Positions 15,990-28,173 of a stretch of DNA of 64,000 nucleotides are shown piece by piece. Where the stretch lies: assembly GCA_002435385.1 (NCBI GenBank), contig DJMN01000007.1:10695-74694 (forward strand), in the 5' to 3' direction. Under the pieces are notes generated by a model. It had not been told where the DNA came from, did not search any database, and saw only the letters and a program-made list of their open reading frames with translations. The position numbers and the translations under genes were made by a program. The DNA comes from Patescibacteria group bacterium UBA6489. GTDB lineage: Bacteria > Patescibacteriota > Gracilibacteria > BD1-5 > UBA6164. Positions within the stretch are counted from its first letter, which is position 1. Each line of letters starts with the position of its first letter.

Positions 15990-16745
15990 ATTTTTCCATA
16001 TTAACTGATAACAAAAAATAGAAAATATTCTATAAAGAATCTTTTCAAATTAAAAATTTCGTGAAACAATTTCAGAATTATTACTAAATTTTCCTACTAA
16101 AATAATAAAAAAAATATTTTACATAATAACTATATACTTAACTAAGTTTTTACCCAATTTTTGATGTTCAGAACTTTTGATCATAGGTGTTCACTATATT
16201 TAATCATTATAGTCAATAAAATAATTAGCATTGTCATATTTTGCAGGTATAATATTTTTAATATCAGTATAAATCACAATAAAAAAAGTCAGAGTAAATT
16301 ATTTTCAATTTTTTGACCTTTTTTATTATTAAAAATATTGCATACTAGAAATAATTGGCATTTTTGACTATAGAAAAATTTATTCTATCAATATTCCGAC
16401 TTTCACGATTTTACAAAACAAAAAAATAATTCATATTTAAGGTATGTAATTCAAAATATTCTTAGGAGTTTTAGAGTTTATTACTTGAGATTGAAAACTC
16501 TAAATCATATATTCTCAACTCCTTATAGTGTTTTAATTTGATTATTCCAGTATTGTAGCTTCTTTTCTTATCTCAAAGGAGGAAAATTCAAGAGATAAGG
16601 GATAATTATATGGAGAGTTTAATTTTAAGTACTAAAAAATTAGAAAAAATTATAAGACAAAACTATTTATTGATTTTTCTTGAAAAATAAGATAAAATAA
16701 CATTGAGATAAAAAAGATTTATTATCATTTATAATACACAAAAAG

Positions 16746-17300
16746 ATGTTAAACAGAGCATTAAAAATTCTGGTATATACTAACTCAATGACACTATTAG
16801 CAGCTGCAATGTTAGCTCCAATTTATGCAATATTTGTTGAAGAAGTTGGATGAGATCTAATGGATGCAAGTATTGCTGGAGGTATATTTGCTTTAGTTGC
16901 AGGTATAACAACAATAATAGCTGGTAGATGGACTGATAAAATAAAGGAAAAGAAATTAATTATTATCCTTTGATATATTATCATGGGAATAGGTTTCTTA
17001 TTATATTTTTGGGTAGATTCAGTTATTTTCTTATTTATAGTCCAGTCTATTATTTGACTTGGAGAAGCTGTTTATTCTCCAGCATTTGATGCTCTATTCT
17101 CTAAAAATCTTGATAAAAATAAATCTGCCACTCAATGGTGAGCTTGGGAATCAACCTTCTATTTTACAACAGCAATATGAGCAGTTAGTGGTGGATGACT
17201 TGTTACCTTATTTGGTTTTCAAGCTTTATTTGTAACAATGGCTATAATGTGTTTTGGTAGTGCGTTATATCTTCTATTCTTAAAACAAGGAGAGATATAA
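16746..17300 (+). CDS. half-size (6-TM) MFS-type transporter-like protein (184 aa)
   Basis: With TGA=Gly: AGRWTDKIKEKK, GLGEAVYSPAFDALFSK, and six hydrophobic segments. Only about half the length of a canonical MFS protein. Confidence 0.5.
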
Positions 17301-17374
17301 AAGTTATTAAAAAAGATGTTGTAAAATAATCTAAATTAAATATATTTAATTTAGATTATTTTTAATTTTTACAT

Positions 17375-18163
17375 ATGAAATACATAGATTTTTTACAACA
17401 ACTAGCTAAAGAATCCTGAGAGATAATTAAAAGCAATTTCAAATTATGAATGAAGAAAGATTATAAATGAGATTCTTCTCCTGTAACAGAAACAGATAAA
17501 AAGATAAATTCACTAGTAATATCTAGAATCAGTGAACAATACCCAACTCATAGTATAAAATGAGAAGAAGAAAGTAGTATGAAAGAGGGAAGTGATTATG
17601 TATGGATTTGTGATCCAGTTGATTGAACCATCCCATTTTCTTCATGATTACCTATTTGTACTTTTTCTTTAGCTTTGGCATACAAATGAGAACCTATAGC
17701 TTGAGTTATATATGAACCATTCATGGATAGGATGTTATTGGCAGAGAAATGAAAATGAGCATTTCTAAATTGAATTAGAGTGAATGTAAATAAAAGGGCA
17801 AAAATTGATGAAAAATCTATTGTAGCCATAGAAAATTTTAAAAATGCTAAATATAATCTAATTAATTTAGACAATGAATTAACAGAAAACATAAATGTAA
17901 AACTATTTAAGTTCTGTAGCATATTATATGCTGGTATGATGGTCGCAGTATGAGAATTTGATTGAGTAATTTTTCCAGACGTAAAAAGCCACGATGGAGC
18001 ATCATTAAAAATAATAGTTGAAGAAGCATGATGAAAAATGACAGATATACATTGAAATGAGCAGAGGTATGACTGAGATATGGATTGATATATTGCAAGC
18101 AATTGAAAAGTACATAATCAACTAGTAAAAATAGTTTCTGAAAATATTATTGAAAGAAAATAA
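17375..18163 (+). CDS. inositol monophosphatase family protein
   Basis: SPVTETDKKIN, WICDPVDGT and IVEEAGGKMTD motifs with TGA=Gly. Confidence 0.8.
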
Positions 18164-18186
18164 TTAAATAAAAAAACTATATAAAT

Positions 18187-18735
18187 ATGACAAAAGTAAC
18201 TTTTATTACAGGAAATCAGGGGAAAGCAGATTATTTATCTAAATACCTTGGTTATCCAGTAGACCACATAAAACTAGATTTAGATGAAATCCAATCAATA
18301 AATTTAAATGAAATTGTAGAACACAAAGTCCTACAAGCCTATAAAAAAATAAACAAACCAGTTATTGTTGAAGATGTTTCATTAGAATTTGAAGCCTTAG
18401 GAGGTTTACCATGACCATTTATAAAGTTTTTTCTAGAAAACAACTCATTTGAAACAGTTTGTTCAATGATTAGTAAGGATTTAACAAGAAATGCAATAGC
18501 TAAATGTGTCTTTGGTTATTTTGATGGTGTAGATTTAAAATTATTTGAATGAAAACTTGATTGAGAAATTGCAAAGGCTCCAGAAGGGGATAATGGTTAT
18601 GGTTGGGATAAAATCTTTATTCCTAAGGGATATTCAGTAACAAGAGCATCTCTTAGTGAAGAAGATGACAAAAGAACATATCTAAAATTAAAGCCATTTG
18701 CAGAGTTAAAAGAGTTTTTAGAAGGAAAGAAATAG
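18187..18735 (+). CDS. rdgB: non-canonical purine NTP pyrophosphatase (ITPase, HAM1/RdgB family)
   Basis: FITGNQGK, EDVSLEFEALGGLPGPFIKFF (the Gly of PG is encoded by TGA 18412-18414), GYGWDKIF. Confidence 0.85.
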
Positions 18736-19338
18736 TTATTTTTTATTATTTTCTCTCCTTTCAGCAATTTCACAGGTTAGATTTCTAAAAAAATATTTTA
18801 TTTTACTAGAAAAATTTTTTTCACCATTTTTTCTTGATATAGGTTTCACTTTGATAAAATCTATTCATACATTAATAGATCAGGCATCAGTTAAAAAATT
18901 ATCTCATACCATAACTACTTTTTCAGCATTTAATCACATTGCTTCTAAACATTCTAGAAATCCTCTTTTATCAGGTTTTGCGTATTTTGAAGTTATAACA
19001 GGAATTCAATAATTTTTTAATTCATCATATCTATCTGATTTTTTCATATTTGAAAAAATCACTATATTCCATCATTTATCTTTCAGTTTCTTTATAATCT
19101 GAATGTTTTTAGGCAATATATTTCAACGATGATAAGCAATACATTGGTCTACATCTAAAATCATTCATTCCTTTCATTGTTTTTTTAATTCTTCAAAATC
19201 TATATCTCAGAATTTATCTACAGAAAGTAGGGTAATAGTTGAATCGTTATTAAATAAAATGTTGAAAAAATGTTTTATTTTTGATAAGGTAAGCCTTTCT
19301 CTATTGTAGTCTGATTTTTTGATTTTAGGAATAAACAT
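18736..19338 (-). CDS. HAD-IIIA phosphatase, YqeG family
   Basis: ILDVDQCI..., VMVGDNFLTDAGSINVGIDFIKV with TGA=Gly. Confidence 0.65.
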
Positions 19339-19396
19339 GATTTATATGGAATGAAAATTAATCAAAATTATATTTGAATTTTATATTAAATAAATA

Positions 19397-20215
19397 TTAT
19401 TTCTCAGTTATCTTAATTGGTATATTGTATCTTTTTACTATATAATTAATTATCTCACCTCAGATATTTTTTCACGTTGCTTTTTCTAAGCCTTCAAATC
19501 CTGGTGATGCATTTACCTCACATACTCTATATCACTCATTTTTGTCAAATAATATATCAATTCATGCTATATCTAATCATATGATATTTGTAGTTTCAAG
19601 TGCTAAAATTTCTTCCCTTTCTGTAGGAATATGAGGGAATACATCTCATCATCAGGAATAGTTAGACTTAAAATCTCATTTTTTTCACTTTCTCAACATT
19701 GATCATATTATTCTTCATCATACAATAAACAGGCGTAAATCTTGTCCTGATTTCTCTCAAATGTATTCTTGCAAAATCAAAGTTTTATCAGGAATACTAT
19801 CTTCCAACATTTCAATGAAATCCTCAAAATCTTCTCTGTTATTTACCTTAAATATTCATTTTCAATGAGACCCTGCTATCTTCTTAATAATTATTGGATA
19901 ATCTAGTTGCCTTTCAATAAAATCTATATTAGGATTTCATTTTAGTAAAATTGTTTTCGGAACGGGTATTGAGTTTAATGATAGTTTTTGTAAAGATAGA
20001 AATTTATCTTTTGCTAGAAATCTAGAATAATTATTGTTAATAACATTTACTCATTTATTTTCTAAAAAATCTACAATTGATCTCATTTGGTAAGATGTAT
20101 TATTTCTTGGTAATACAATATTAGGAGGAGTAACCAATTTATTTTTCAAAAACAACTGTTCTTCTCAGTTTAATGAAATTACTAAGTCTATATCCTCTAT
20201 AGCAACCAATTTCAT
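19397..20215 (-). CDS. rimK: RimK-family ATP-grasp ligase
   Basis: GSHGKGIF, DLRLFIVGGRIIGSMLRKGKKGDFKSNYSGGG, GLDIAGIDILF, EVNASPGFEGLEKATGKNIGGEII. Several of the conserved Gly are TGA. Confidence 0.85.
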
Positions 20216-20569
20216 TTTTAGTCATACTTTTTGTGCCTCTTCTAAAATTCTTTTTACTCACCAATCTTTTCTACCTTTTTTTGAATTTAAAAGCCATATT
20301 TTCATTTATTTATTTTAAGTTGATAAAATATCTTGGGAATTTTATTTTTTTTTTATTTTTTTGCAAAGTAATTTTTTTATTGGATAATTTTTCTTATTCA
20401 TATTCAGTAAATTATGAATAATTAAAAGGTTTTATTTTATATCAACTATGGCAGTTCCTCTGTATTTTTAAAAACTAAAGTTCCAGTTTTTTCTGAAACT
20501 TTAGTTTTATGAAAGGTATTGTCAATAAAAAAATAGGGTGAGATTAAAAATTTCTTTATTTTTAATAAT

Positions 20570-20923
20570 TTACTTCAAAAATCCCTTAGAATTTCCTTCA
20601 ATATTTTCTAAACTATTTGCTAGAGAGCCAAGTAAGTCATCAGTTCAAAGAGAAATCTCATTATTTTTCTTATAATCCTCTATATCCTTTCTAAGATTTT
20701 TTATAATCTTATTTGCCTCTTTCATTTTCTCATCCAAACTAGTGTCAGATAATTTACCACCTAAATCAACATATTTTTCTCAAATCTCATGAGCCACATC
20801 AAACAAAGTTTCATACCAAGCTTCAGTTTCTTTATGAAACACCGCATCAGTAGTTTTTGTATCAATATGTATAGATAACATATCAACATAAGCTTTAATA
20901 GCCTTCAAATGTAATTCCTTCAT
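20570..20923 (-). CDS. hypothetical helical protein (117 aa)
   Basis: ATG 20923, TAA 20570-20572, in-frame TGA read through. No family assigned. Confidence 0.4.
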
Positions 20924-21080
20924 AATACCCCTTTTTAAGATATAAAATACATTAACACGTAAAAATTATATCACGAAATTACAAATTATTCAAATAGAAA
21001 TTATCTTTATTCATTTTATAAAAATCTATTAAATATGATACAATCAAGATACCACATTATTTTTTTATATACATATAACT

Positions 21081-21584
21081 ATGTCTAAAATACCTAATTA
21101 TTTAAAGGATAATCCTGACTATTATATCGGATGATGAGAACAAAAAGAAGTTTCAAATAAAAAAGAGACTACTAGATGTGATATTGATAATATACTTAAA
21201 CTTTTTCAGGGATTAAATGTAGAGGCATGTAAGATTTCTCCTTGATACCCATGATTTAAACTGAGAAAAAAGTGACAAGATATATGATATATCAGCTATA
21301 TAATAGACTGAGACAAAATGAAAACTGTGTATGTAAAAATAAATGATGGAAATAATAAATACAAGACATTCAATAATGAAACAAATTATCAATGAAAATG
21401 ATATTGAAAAAAGCTCCTTTTAGGGGTAGCAATAGAAGCTAAAAAAATGTGATTAACATTAGTAACAGATCATTATAATGATGTAAAGGAAAAAGCTAAA
21501 TATGTATTAAACTCTCTTTTATCAAAATGAATAGTAGAGTTGAAGGAGGATAGGTATCAGTTCATAAACAGTAAACTACCTTAA
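21081..21584 (+). CDS. hypothetical protein (167 aa)
   Basis: ATG..TAA in frame with TGA=Gly. No family assigned. Confidence 0.4.
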
Positions 21585-21781
21585 ATACTTTTTGGTTAAT
21601 AACTATATATCTTTAAGAATATATTAACTTCTATTTCTTAGTAAAGGAAGTATACCTAAAATATAATGAAGTGTAAGATGAATTATAAATATTAATAAAA
21701 TCTTATTGGTTTACTCCTTTTTATTCTGAAAGAAGTAAAATTTATCTGAATATATATTTTTTTTGATAATTATGGGGAGGA

Positions 21782-23395
21782 TTATCTAGGCATACACCCC
21801 AAAATTTCATCTATATCTCTACAAACTCAACTCAATTTTCCTTTAGGTGTATTAAAACTACAAGAATTTCAACTAGACCTTCCATAACAAGCATTTATAG
21901 CTTCTTTTGGCGGAGTAAAGGGAGAAGTATTTCATCAGCTATTTCCATCTTGATTACTTCAAATATAAGCTTTTTTATAACTAGAATCAACCTCTATAAC
22001 CTTAGCTCAATTTCTAACACATCTTACATAATTTTTTATTCTTATGGCATCTCATTGAGGTCAGTGACCTGTTGGATAAGCACTAGCATCTCAAGACTTT
22101 GGATCACTTCTTTGAGCTCAAGCTCAGTGAACATCAACCCATCATCAAAAATCTTTCATATATCACAAAGCCCTTCAAAAAGAAATATAAACGGCACTAT
22201 CATATGCTAATCTATCTTTTATATGAGTAGTACTAGTCCAATAATAAGGATAATCTTTTTCTCAAGCTTCATTTACAATTTCACTAACCTTAAACATTGA
22301 ATCAATAGCAGCACTGTCAGTAGTATCAGGACTTTTACTATAATCAACTATATATTGTAATTCCTTTGCATTTGGTAAGTGCCAATCTTTATATCAATCC
22401 AATTCTAAATCTTCACAATAACTCAAAGCATCTTTCCAATCCATTCATTTTTCACTATCACCTTGTTGCCAAACAAGTCAGTTACTTTTATCCAATATTG
22501 TTCAGTTTCAATTATCTACAAAATCATTATTTCAATATACATCTCATCTAACATATCTTAAATAATATCAATTATTCTTCTTACTAACTGTTGGATAACA
22601 TTTTATTCTTCCATCAGCAAAGTTAACTCAGAAAAAACATTCCTGTCCATTCATAACCTTTGATTTATAGATGTTTGTTGTAATCCATTGTGAATCAATA
22701 ATTCTATCTCAACTAGAAATATCACCATATTTAAAGCCGAAATAATCAGTGTCTACAAAAGGAATTAGCCCTTCAGAGCTCTTTAATTCGGAATTTGGAT
22801 CTTCTCATCTAAAATCCATAAGAGAATAAAGTTCCTTTATACTAGGAACTCTCCAATCATCATATCAAGCATAACTAAAAGATTCACTACTTTTTATTCA
22901 TTCATAATAATCCATTTTTCAAGAAGCATCTTTTATCCACATAAGACCAGTATTTAAATCACTCACTGTTCAATCTCCATTATCTTTAAATGATGGTTGA
23001 TTTGTCTCAAGCTGAGCTTCTTGCCCGTAAAAAGCTTCTCATTTTTCAGGACAAACTATTTGATTTTTATCATCATAACACTTATCCTGATTTGTATCTA
23101 AACTTAATCAAATAGTTAATACTGATAGTTTTTCACTGATATCATCATATATATAATTCAACAAATCTCTTTTTATTCAAGTCTTATACTTAGATTTCAT
23201 AGAATTAATTACTCCGAGCAATTTTTTATAATAACTAATTTTATATTCATCATCTTTTGCTGAAACTCTATTATGAACATTTATGAGTACATTATCAGCT
23301 TTAATTTTTATTGAATCTGACAAGTAAGCATTGGAAAAAGAAACAATAGAAAAAGAACTAAGAACAATCAATCACAAAACAATAATTTTTTTCAT
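21782..23395 (-). CDS. secreted DUF1566 (Lcl C-terminal-like) domain protein (537 aa)
   Basis: Signal peptide MKKIIVLGLIVLSSFSIVSFSNA. Repeated DWRVPSIKELYSL / DWHLPNAKELQYIVDYS motifs typical of DUF1566. Confidence 0.6.
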
Positions 23396-23434
23396 AATGA
23401 TATTGTTTAGGAAATAAAATTTTCAACTAGTAAT

Positions 23435-23540
23435 AAGCTGTAAAAAATAATAATTAAGCGAGGTATCATAATGATTTTATACTAAAAATTATTTGTAAAA
23501 AAATCTTATCTTCCGAGTGTATTATTATTTTTTATTGCGA
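23435..23540 (+). repeat. structured ~105-nt intergenic element, copy B (subfamily 2)
   Basis: About 90% identical to 51576-51681. Shares its core (gattttatactaa..atttgta.aaaatctt...gagtgtattatt) with subfamily 1. Confidence 0.8.
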
Positions 23541-23559
23541 TAGTTTTTATTTTCCACTT

Positions 23560-24075
23560 TTACAATTTATACTCATAAATAGCAAATCTATTTTCAGGTT
23601 TATATTTTATCTCTTTAAAGTAATCATTAGTCATCTTAAAACAGTATGAAACTAAACGAAAATTCTTATTCTTTACACTATTAATTTTAGGAAAAAGCTT
23701 ATTTGTAATCGTTTCAGGTAAACCAAAAACATACAACACATCATATTTTTCCAAATCTAACTTTAAAGCATTACCATAAATTATCTTAATATTATCAAGT
23801 CAACTAAAAAATATTCTAACTTTAGAGATAACATAAAAAAACAATGATAATTCTATTCAAGTGATATAAGCATCAGGATTGTTTTTTGCAATAAACAAAG
23901 AAACCTTTGCCGTTCAGCATCACATCTCTAGAAATTTCTCTCAAGATTTAAGTTTTATAATATCATTAACTCTTCTCAAATCATTTCTCTTTGTAGGAAT
24001 CCAAGGAGCAAGGGAAACAAAAGAAAAGAAAAATAATCCAAATAATAAATAAAAAAATATTTCTAAATATTGCAT
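23560..24075 (-). CDS. class I SAM-dependent methyltransferase with N-terminal TM helix
   Basis: FLEMGCGTAKVS (motif I, with TGA-encoded Gly). The C-terminal 64 aa match the ORF-track fragment 23560..23754. Confidence 0.6.
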
Positions 24076-24123
24076 AAGCTTTCTGTATTAAAATCAGATA
24101 GAATCAAAAGAATTTATTTGTAG

Positions 24124-24168
24124 TTTCCTTCTCCTTATATAAGGGAAGGATTAAGGATGGGTTATTTT
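24124..24168. repeat. GC-rich palindromic unit (inverted copy of 55885-55925)
   Basis: tccttctccttatataagggaaggattaaggatgggtt is the reverse complement of aacccatccctaacccttcccttatataaaggaaggg, with a few mismatches. Confidence 0.7.
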
Positions 24169-24176
24169 TTACTAAA

Positions 24177-24635
24177 CTAAGCCTCTATATCTTTCCAACT
24201 ATCTACATCAAAATCAATTTTTACAACTCAAGCAGTTTTTAAAGGTCAACTAGATCATTTAGATAAATAGTTAGCAAGCTCTTCAAAAGCCATATTATGT
24301 CAAACCATAAACACAGTATCATATTTATCCTTTAAATCCTTTATAAAAGAAATATAATAATCTATTCCTATCAAATGATTATCATAAATTCATTGTTCAT
24401 ATTTTATCTTATCTACATCATAACCTATCTTTTTACATATTATCTCTGTTGTGGCTTTAGCTCTATTCGCAGGACTTGAAAATACTTTATCTGGCATAAT
24501 TCATTCTTCTCTTAATTCAATTCAACGTTTTTTAGCTCTTTTCTCTCATTTTTCCATAAGAGGTCTATCAAAATCATCAAGAGAAGGATCCTCCCAACTT
24601 GATTTAGCATGTCTGATTATATAAAGAGTTTTCAT
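24177..24635 (-). CDS. histidine phosphatase (SixA-like)
   Basis: [12 protein letters not shown]... RHG/RHA catalytic motif. 152 aa. TAG stop. Confidence 0.65.
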
Positions 24636-24761
24636 ATAAAAATGAAATTATAAAATATAATATACTAAAACTATATCATACATATATATATAATGCAAGA
24701 ATCCGATAATATACAAAAAAGGAGAAGTAATTTTTATTACTTCTCTAAATGAATATTTTTA

Positions 24762-25682
24762 TTAATCAGAATCAAAAACATACAAAAAAGCTCAGGTCTC
24801 AGATTTTTTTCACTCCACTTTCTTAAATCAAAGATTTTCAAAAAATTTTCACTGTTTTGAGTAGGAGAATACAACGCCACTTTTTTTGACCTCTTGTCAT
24901 AAAATATATCACAATCAACTTCAAACTTTAGTCGTAAACAAACAACTAAGTAATTTTCACTTCTGTCATTCTACTTCACAATCTGATAAACAATATCCTC
25001 AAAGAACCGTTCCATCAATCTCCAGAATTTTATAATTTTTAAACATTTCATCTTTTTCTTCTATTGTTCTATCTTTCCAATTTCATCCTTCTACTTGTTT
25101 AGAATATATTAAATCAAATAATTCTCTATTCTCCAGAGTCTTAATTTCAGCTTTTTCCAAATCAATAACCATTGTTCAAGAACCAAATCATTCTAACTCT
25201 TCTCTTAATCAATCTATACTAGCAATAGTAGTTTTATGTATACCTTTTCTAAATAACTCATAAATTAATTCTAAAACCTTTTTCTCTCAAGAATTTATAA
25301 CAGCTTTTTCATAATTTCAGTTCAATATACACTTCAATTTTTCTTTTGATAGAAAGGAAATGATTCCCCCCTCACCATTTTTCAATCATCCACTATCATT
25401 TAAAAATATGACATTAGAAATTTTATCATTATATTTTGATAACAAATTTTGTATAATCTCATTAAACTCTGATTCAGATGAAGAATCTTCAACTATATTT
25501 ATTTTTGTATCAAGAAATAAATCATATGAGAATTTTCCTTGTTTATTTATTTGTCATAGACTAACAACATTTATCTTATCATATTGAAATAGACCTTCTA
25601 TATCACATCATTTCTGACAAATTAAAACAATTGGAATTCAAATACTATTCAAATATTCCACATATTGAACAAATTCTCAGAA
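24762..25682 (-). CDS. amino-acid-kinase + GNAT fusion (N-acetylglutamate synthase-like); 5' end disrupted or ambiguous
   Basis: With TGA=Gly: IGIPIVLICQKG, FLNDSGGLKNGEGGIISFL, GSGTMV, then a GNAT-like C-terminus. The expected N-terminus (MNMLNSGKYLVFNINHELLNSYN, ATG 25750) is in a different frame. Confidence 0.5.
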
Positions 25683-25810
25683 ATTATAACTATTCAATAA
25701 TTCATGATTAATATTGAAAACTAAATATTTTCAACTATTTACATATTCATGTAAATATGCACTTGTATTTCCTGGGTAATTTTTCCATGATTAAAAAAAT
25801 TAAAAAATAA

Positions 25811-25848
25811 AAAAGAGTTAATTTCAAATGAAAGTAACTCTTTTTTGA
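25811..25848 (-). terminator. terminator-like hairpin between the Val6 mini-ORF and the downstream gene
   Basis: aagagtta-atttcaaatgaaag-taactctt flanked by an A-run and a T-run. Confidence 0.5.
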
Positions 25849-25861
25849 TGTATAAAAAAAT

Positions 25862-25939
25862 TTACACAACAACAACAACCACTTTCATTTTTGAGAATGG
25901 TCTCCTCCTGATTGATAATGTAGATAATAGTTTGTTCAT
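25862..25939 (-). CDS. mini-ORF MNKLLSTLSIRRRPFSKMKVVVVVV (candidate leader peptide)
   Basis: ATG..TAA. Six consecutive Val codons (gtg gtt gtt gtt gtt gtg) directly before the stop, followed by a hairpin and U-run. Confidence 0.25.
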   Translation of the reverse strand: MNKLLSTLSIRRRPFSKMKVVVVVV

Positions 25940-26066
25940 AAATTTTTATTTATAGAAATTTTATTCTCATAAGAATAATTCTAAATAAATGAAAGTCAAA
26001 ATTTGTTTGCGAATTTTTATTGTTTATAGATTTAAAAAACTAACAACTAATCATTACTAGATGTAT

Positions 26067-28025
26067 CTAGTGTCTTCTCAATCCTCTAAGTAAGTCTTGT
26101 AGTGTAGTTTTCCTAAAAGATTTAAAAATTCATAGTCTTTCATTTCCTTTTATAACATTTAGTATTATTGTATAATCAAATTTTTCTATAACATCAAATA
26201 AATCCTTTTTATCTTCAAATGTTTTAATTAATATTCCAAACTCAATAGCACTAGTTTTATTGTATAAATATCCCAAATCCCTAAATACAGATTCTAAGTT
26301 TCAACACTCTTTTTCACAAGAGAAGAAATTATCTTTGAAAGAAGCAAAATTAGGACACCTTTCTAATTCAATTTGATTAATAAAGGCAGATAAATAGATC
26401 ATGTCATTGCTTCAAGATAGTACATTTTCAATATTACAATTAAAATCAGTATTAATTATAGAAACTAAAGTTTTTGTACGACTTTTATCTAGTAAAGATA
26501 CAAAATTAGATAATTTTTTTTCATCATTCTTAATATTATTATAAAGACCTATAAAACTTCCTATCTCTATTCCGCTAAAAAAGTTTTTTAACATTAAATT
26601 TGGAATTCTATAATCTAACAATGAAACAATAAAGTCATTATTAACTCTCTTTATTATCTCAATAAATTTATCAAGTTTTTCTATCTTGTTAAATATATAT
26701 ATAAATTTATCATAAGCCGTATCTTTATCTACTATCTTATTATAGAAATCAATTATAATCTCTAGATCTTTATGTGCCAATCTATCTATTAATACACAAC
26801 GTATCAATCCTGATAAATTACTAGCATCAATTTTTCTTAATAACATTATTGTATTCTCTGGAATTCTCTCTAGCATATTTATTATAGTTTCACCATTTCA
26901 CTTTCTTATTCTTATAAAATCATATAAGTTATCTAAATTTATATGGGAATCTATATTTTTTATTAAATCTAGTAATTTTATATGTTGTTCTAGTGTGATA
27001 AAACCATCTGTTACAAGAGTCTTTAGTTTAGAAATTGAGTTAATATCTTCTTTAATTATAAAAGATAATTTTTTATCCGTAGTACTATTTTCTACTACAC
27101 TAAGGTCACAAATTCTTGCAGTTCTAAAGTAGTTGATAAAACCAGGCTTATCTTTTGGAATAGATTCAACCTCATTTTCAGATATTATTCACTTAGAGAC
27201 ACTATATTCTATTATAGAATCTTTATTTTCAAATAAATAATCATTTAATTTTTCTTCACTTAGAACCTCAACAATAGAATTTCTATCTTTTGGCAAGAAT
27301 TTTTTCACAAACCTTAAATATTCTTTTCTTGTTATATATGAAGAATATTTTTCATCTAGAAAATTAATAAAAGATTTGTAATTTTCCTCTTTTTTAAATT
27401 CATTATATAAATCCTTTTCTATCATTTCCTTTTCTTTCAAACTTTCTAGTATATCTAGTCTTTTTTCTTTTATATAAGCCTCCAAATTATCTATATCACT
27501 TAATTTTGTTTTATCATCTTTTCCATTGTCAGATGATAACACCCCTTTTATAAATAAAAATACATCTCTAGATTCTTCTGAAGTATATCTTCTGATAATA
27601 TTTTTAGGTAATCTTGATTCTCATGCTTTCTTTATTCTTTCTTGTACCCTAGTACAAAAGTCAGATTTTATTAGAGTAATTTCACTTGTTTCCTCTCATC
27701 CAATTTCTCTATAAAGATTGTTTCATTCACTGATTTCATAAAGTTTTATACATAATTCTATAAAATTATCATTATTATTACAATCATTATTACTTCTTGG
27801 ACTTTTACCTGAAATTAAATCATAAGCAGAAGGACAAAGTTTTATTATATTGTCTAATATGATATCCTTATTTCTAATTAAAACTCTGTTCAATTCCACA
27901 ATATTTGATACTTTTATCTCCTCCAAATCTTGAGGTAGGTATTTATTTAGAAAATTAATCATTTTTCTAATATCATATCTTTCTACTCATTCAGATATTT
28001 TGTAAGGACTTTTAGCTTGTAACAT
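26067..28025 (-). CDS. large hypothetical protein (652 aa), no recognised domain
   Basis: Three ORF-track fragments (26412..26876, 27189..27542, 27723..27962) share one frame and are joined by TGA codons. ATG 28025, TAG 26067-26069. Confidence 0.6.
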
Positions 28026-28173
28026 AAATTTATAAAATTACTATATAAAACATGATAAAACATGGTTTCAATATAGACCTTTATTGTTTTTTGTCAAATA
28101 TAATTTATTTTAATGAAATTCCATATTTTCTACAAGGGATTTTCAAAATTTAGTAGTTTTCAAAAATATTTTT

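Noticed and set aside
16468-16505. gttttagag... resembles the start of a type II CRISPR repeat or a repeat:anti-repeat duplex
   Set aside because: It is a single occurrence. There is no array of spaced repeats and no cas gene in the window. It is better explained as a local hairpin.
15253-16745. att-type direct repeat of a tRNA 3' end that would mark an integrase-mediated island
   Set aside because: I found no copy of the 3' halves of tRNA-Gly, tRNA-Ile or tRNA-Pro at the distal border, and the island has no integrase gene. A visual search could miss short or degenerate repeats.
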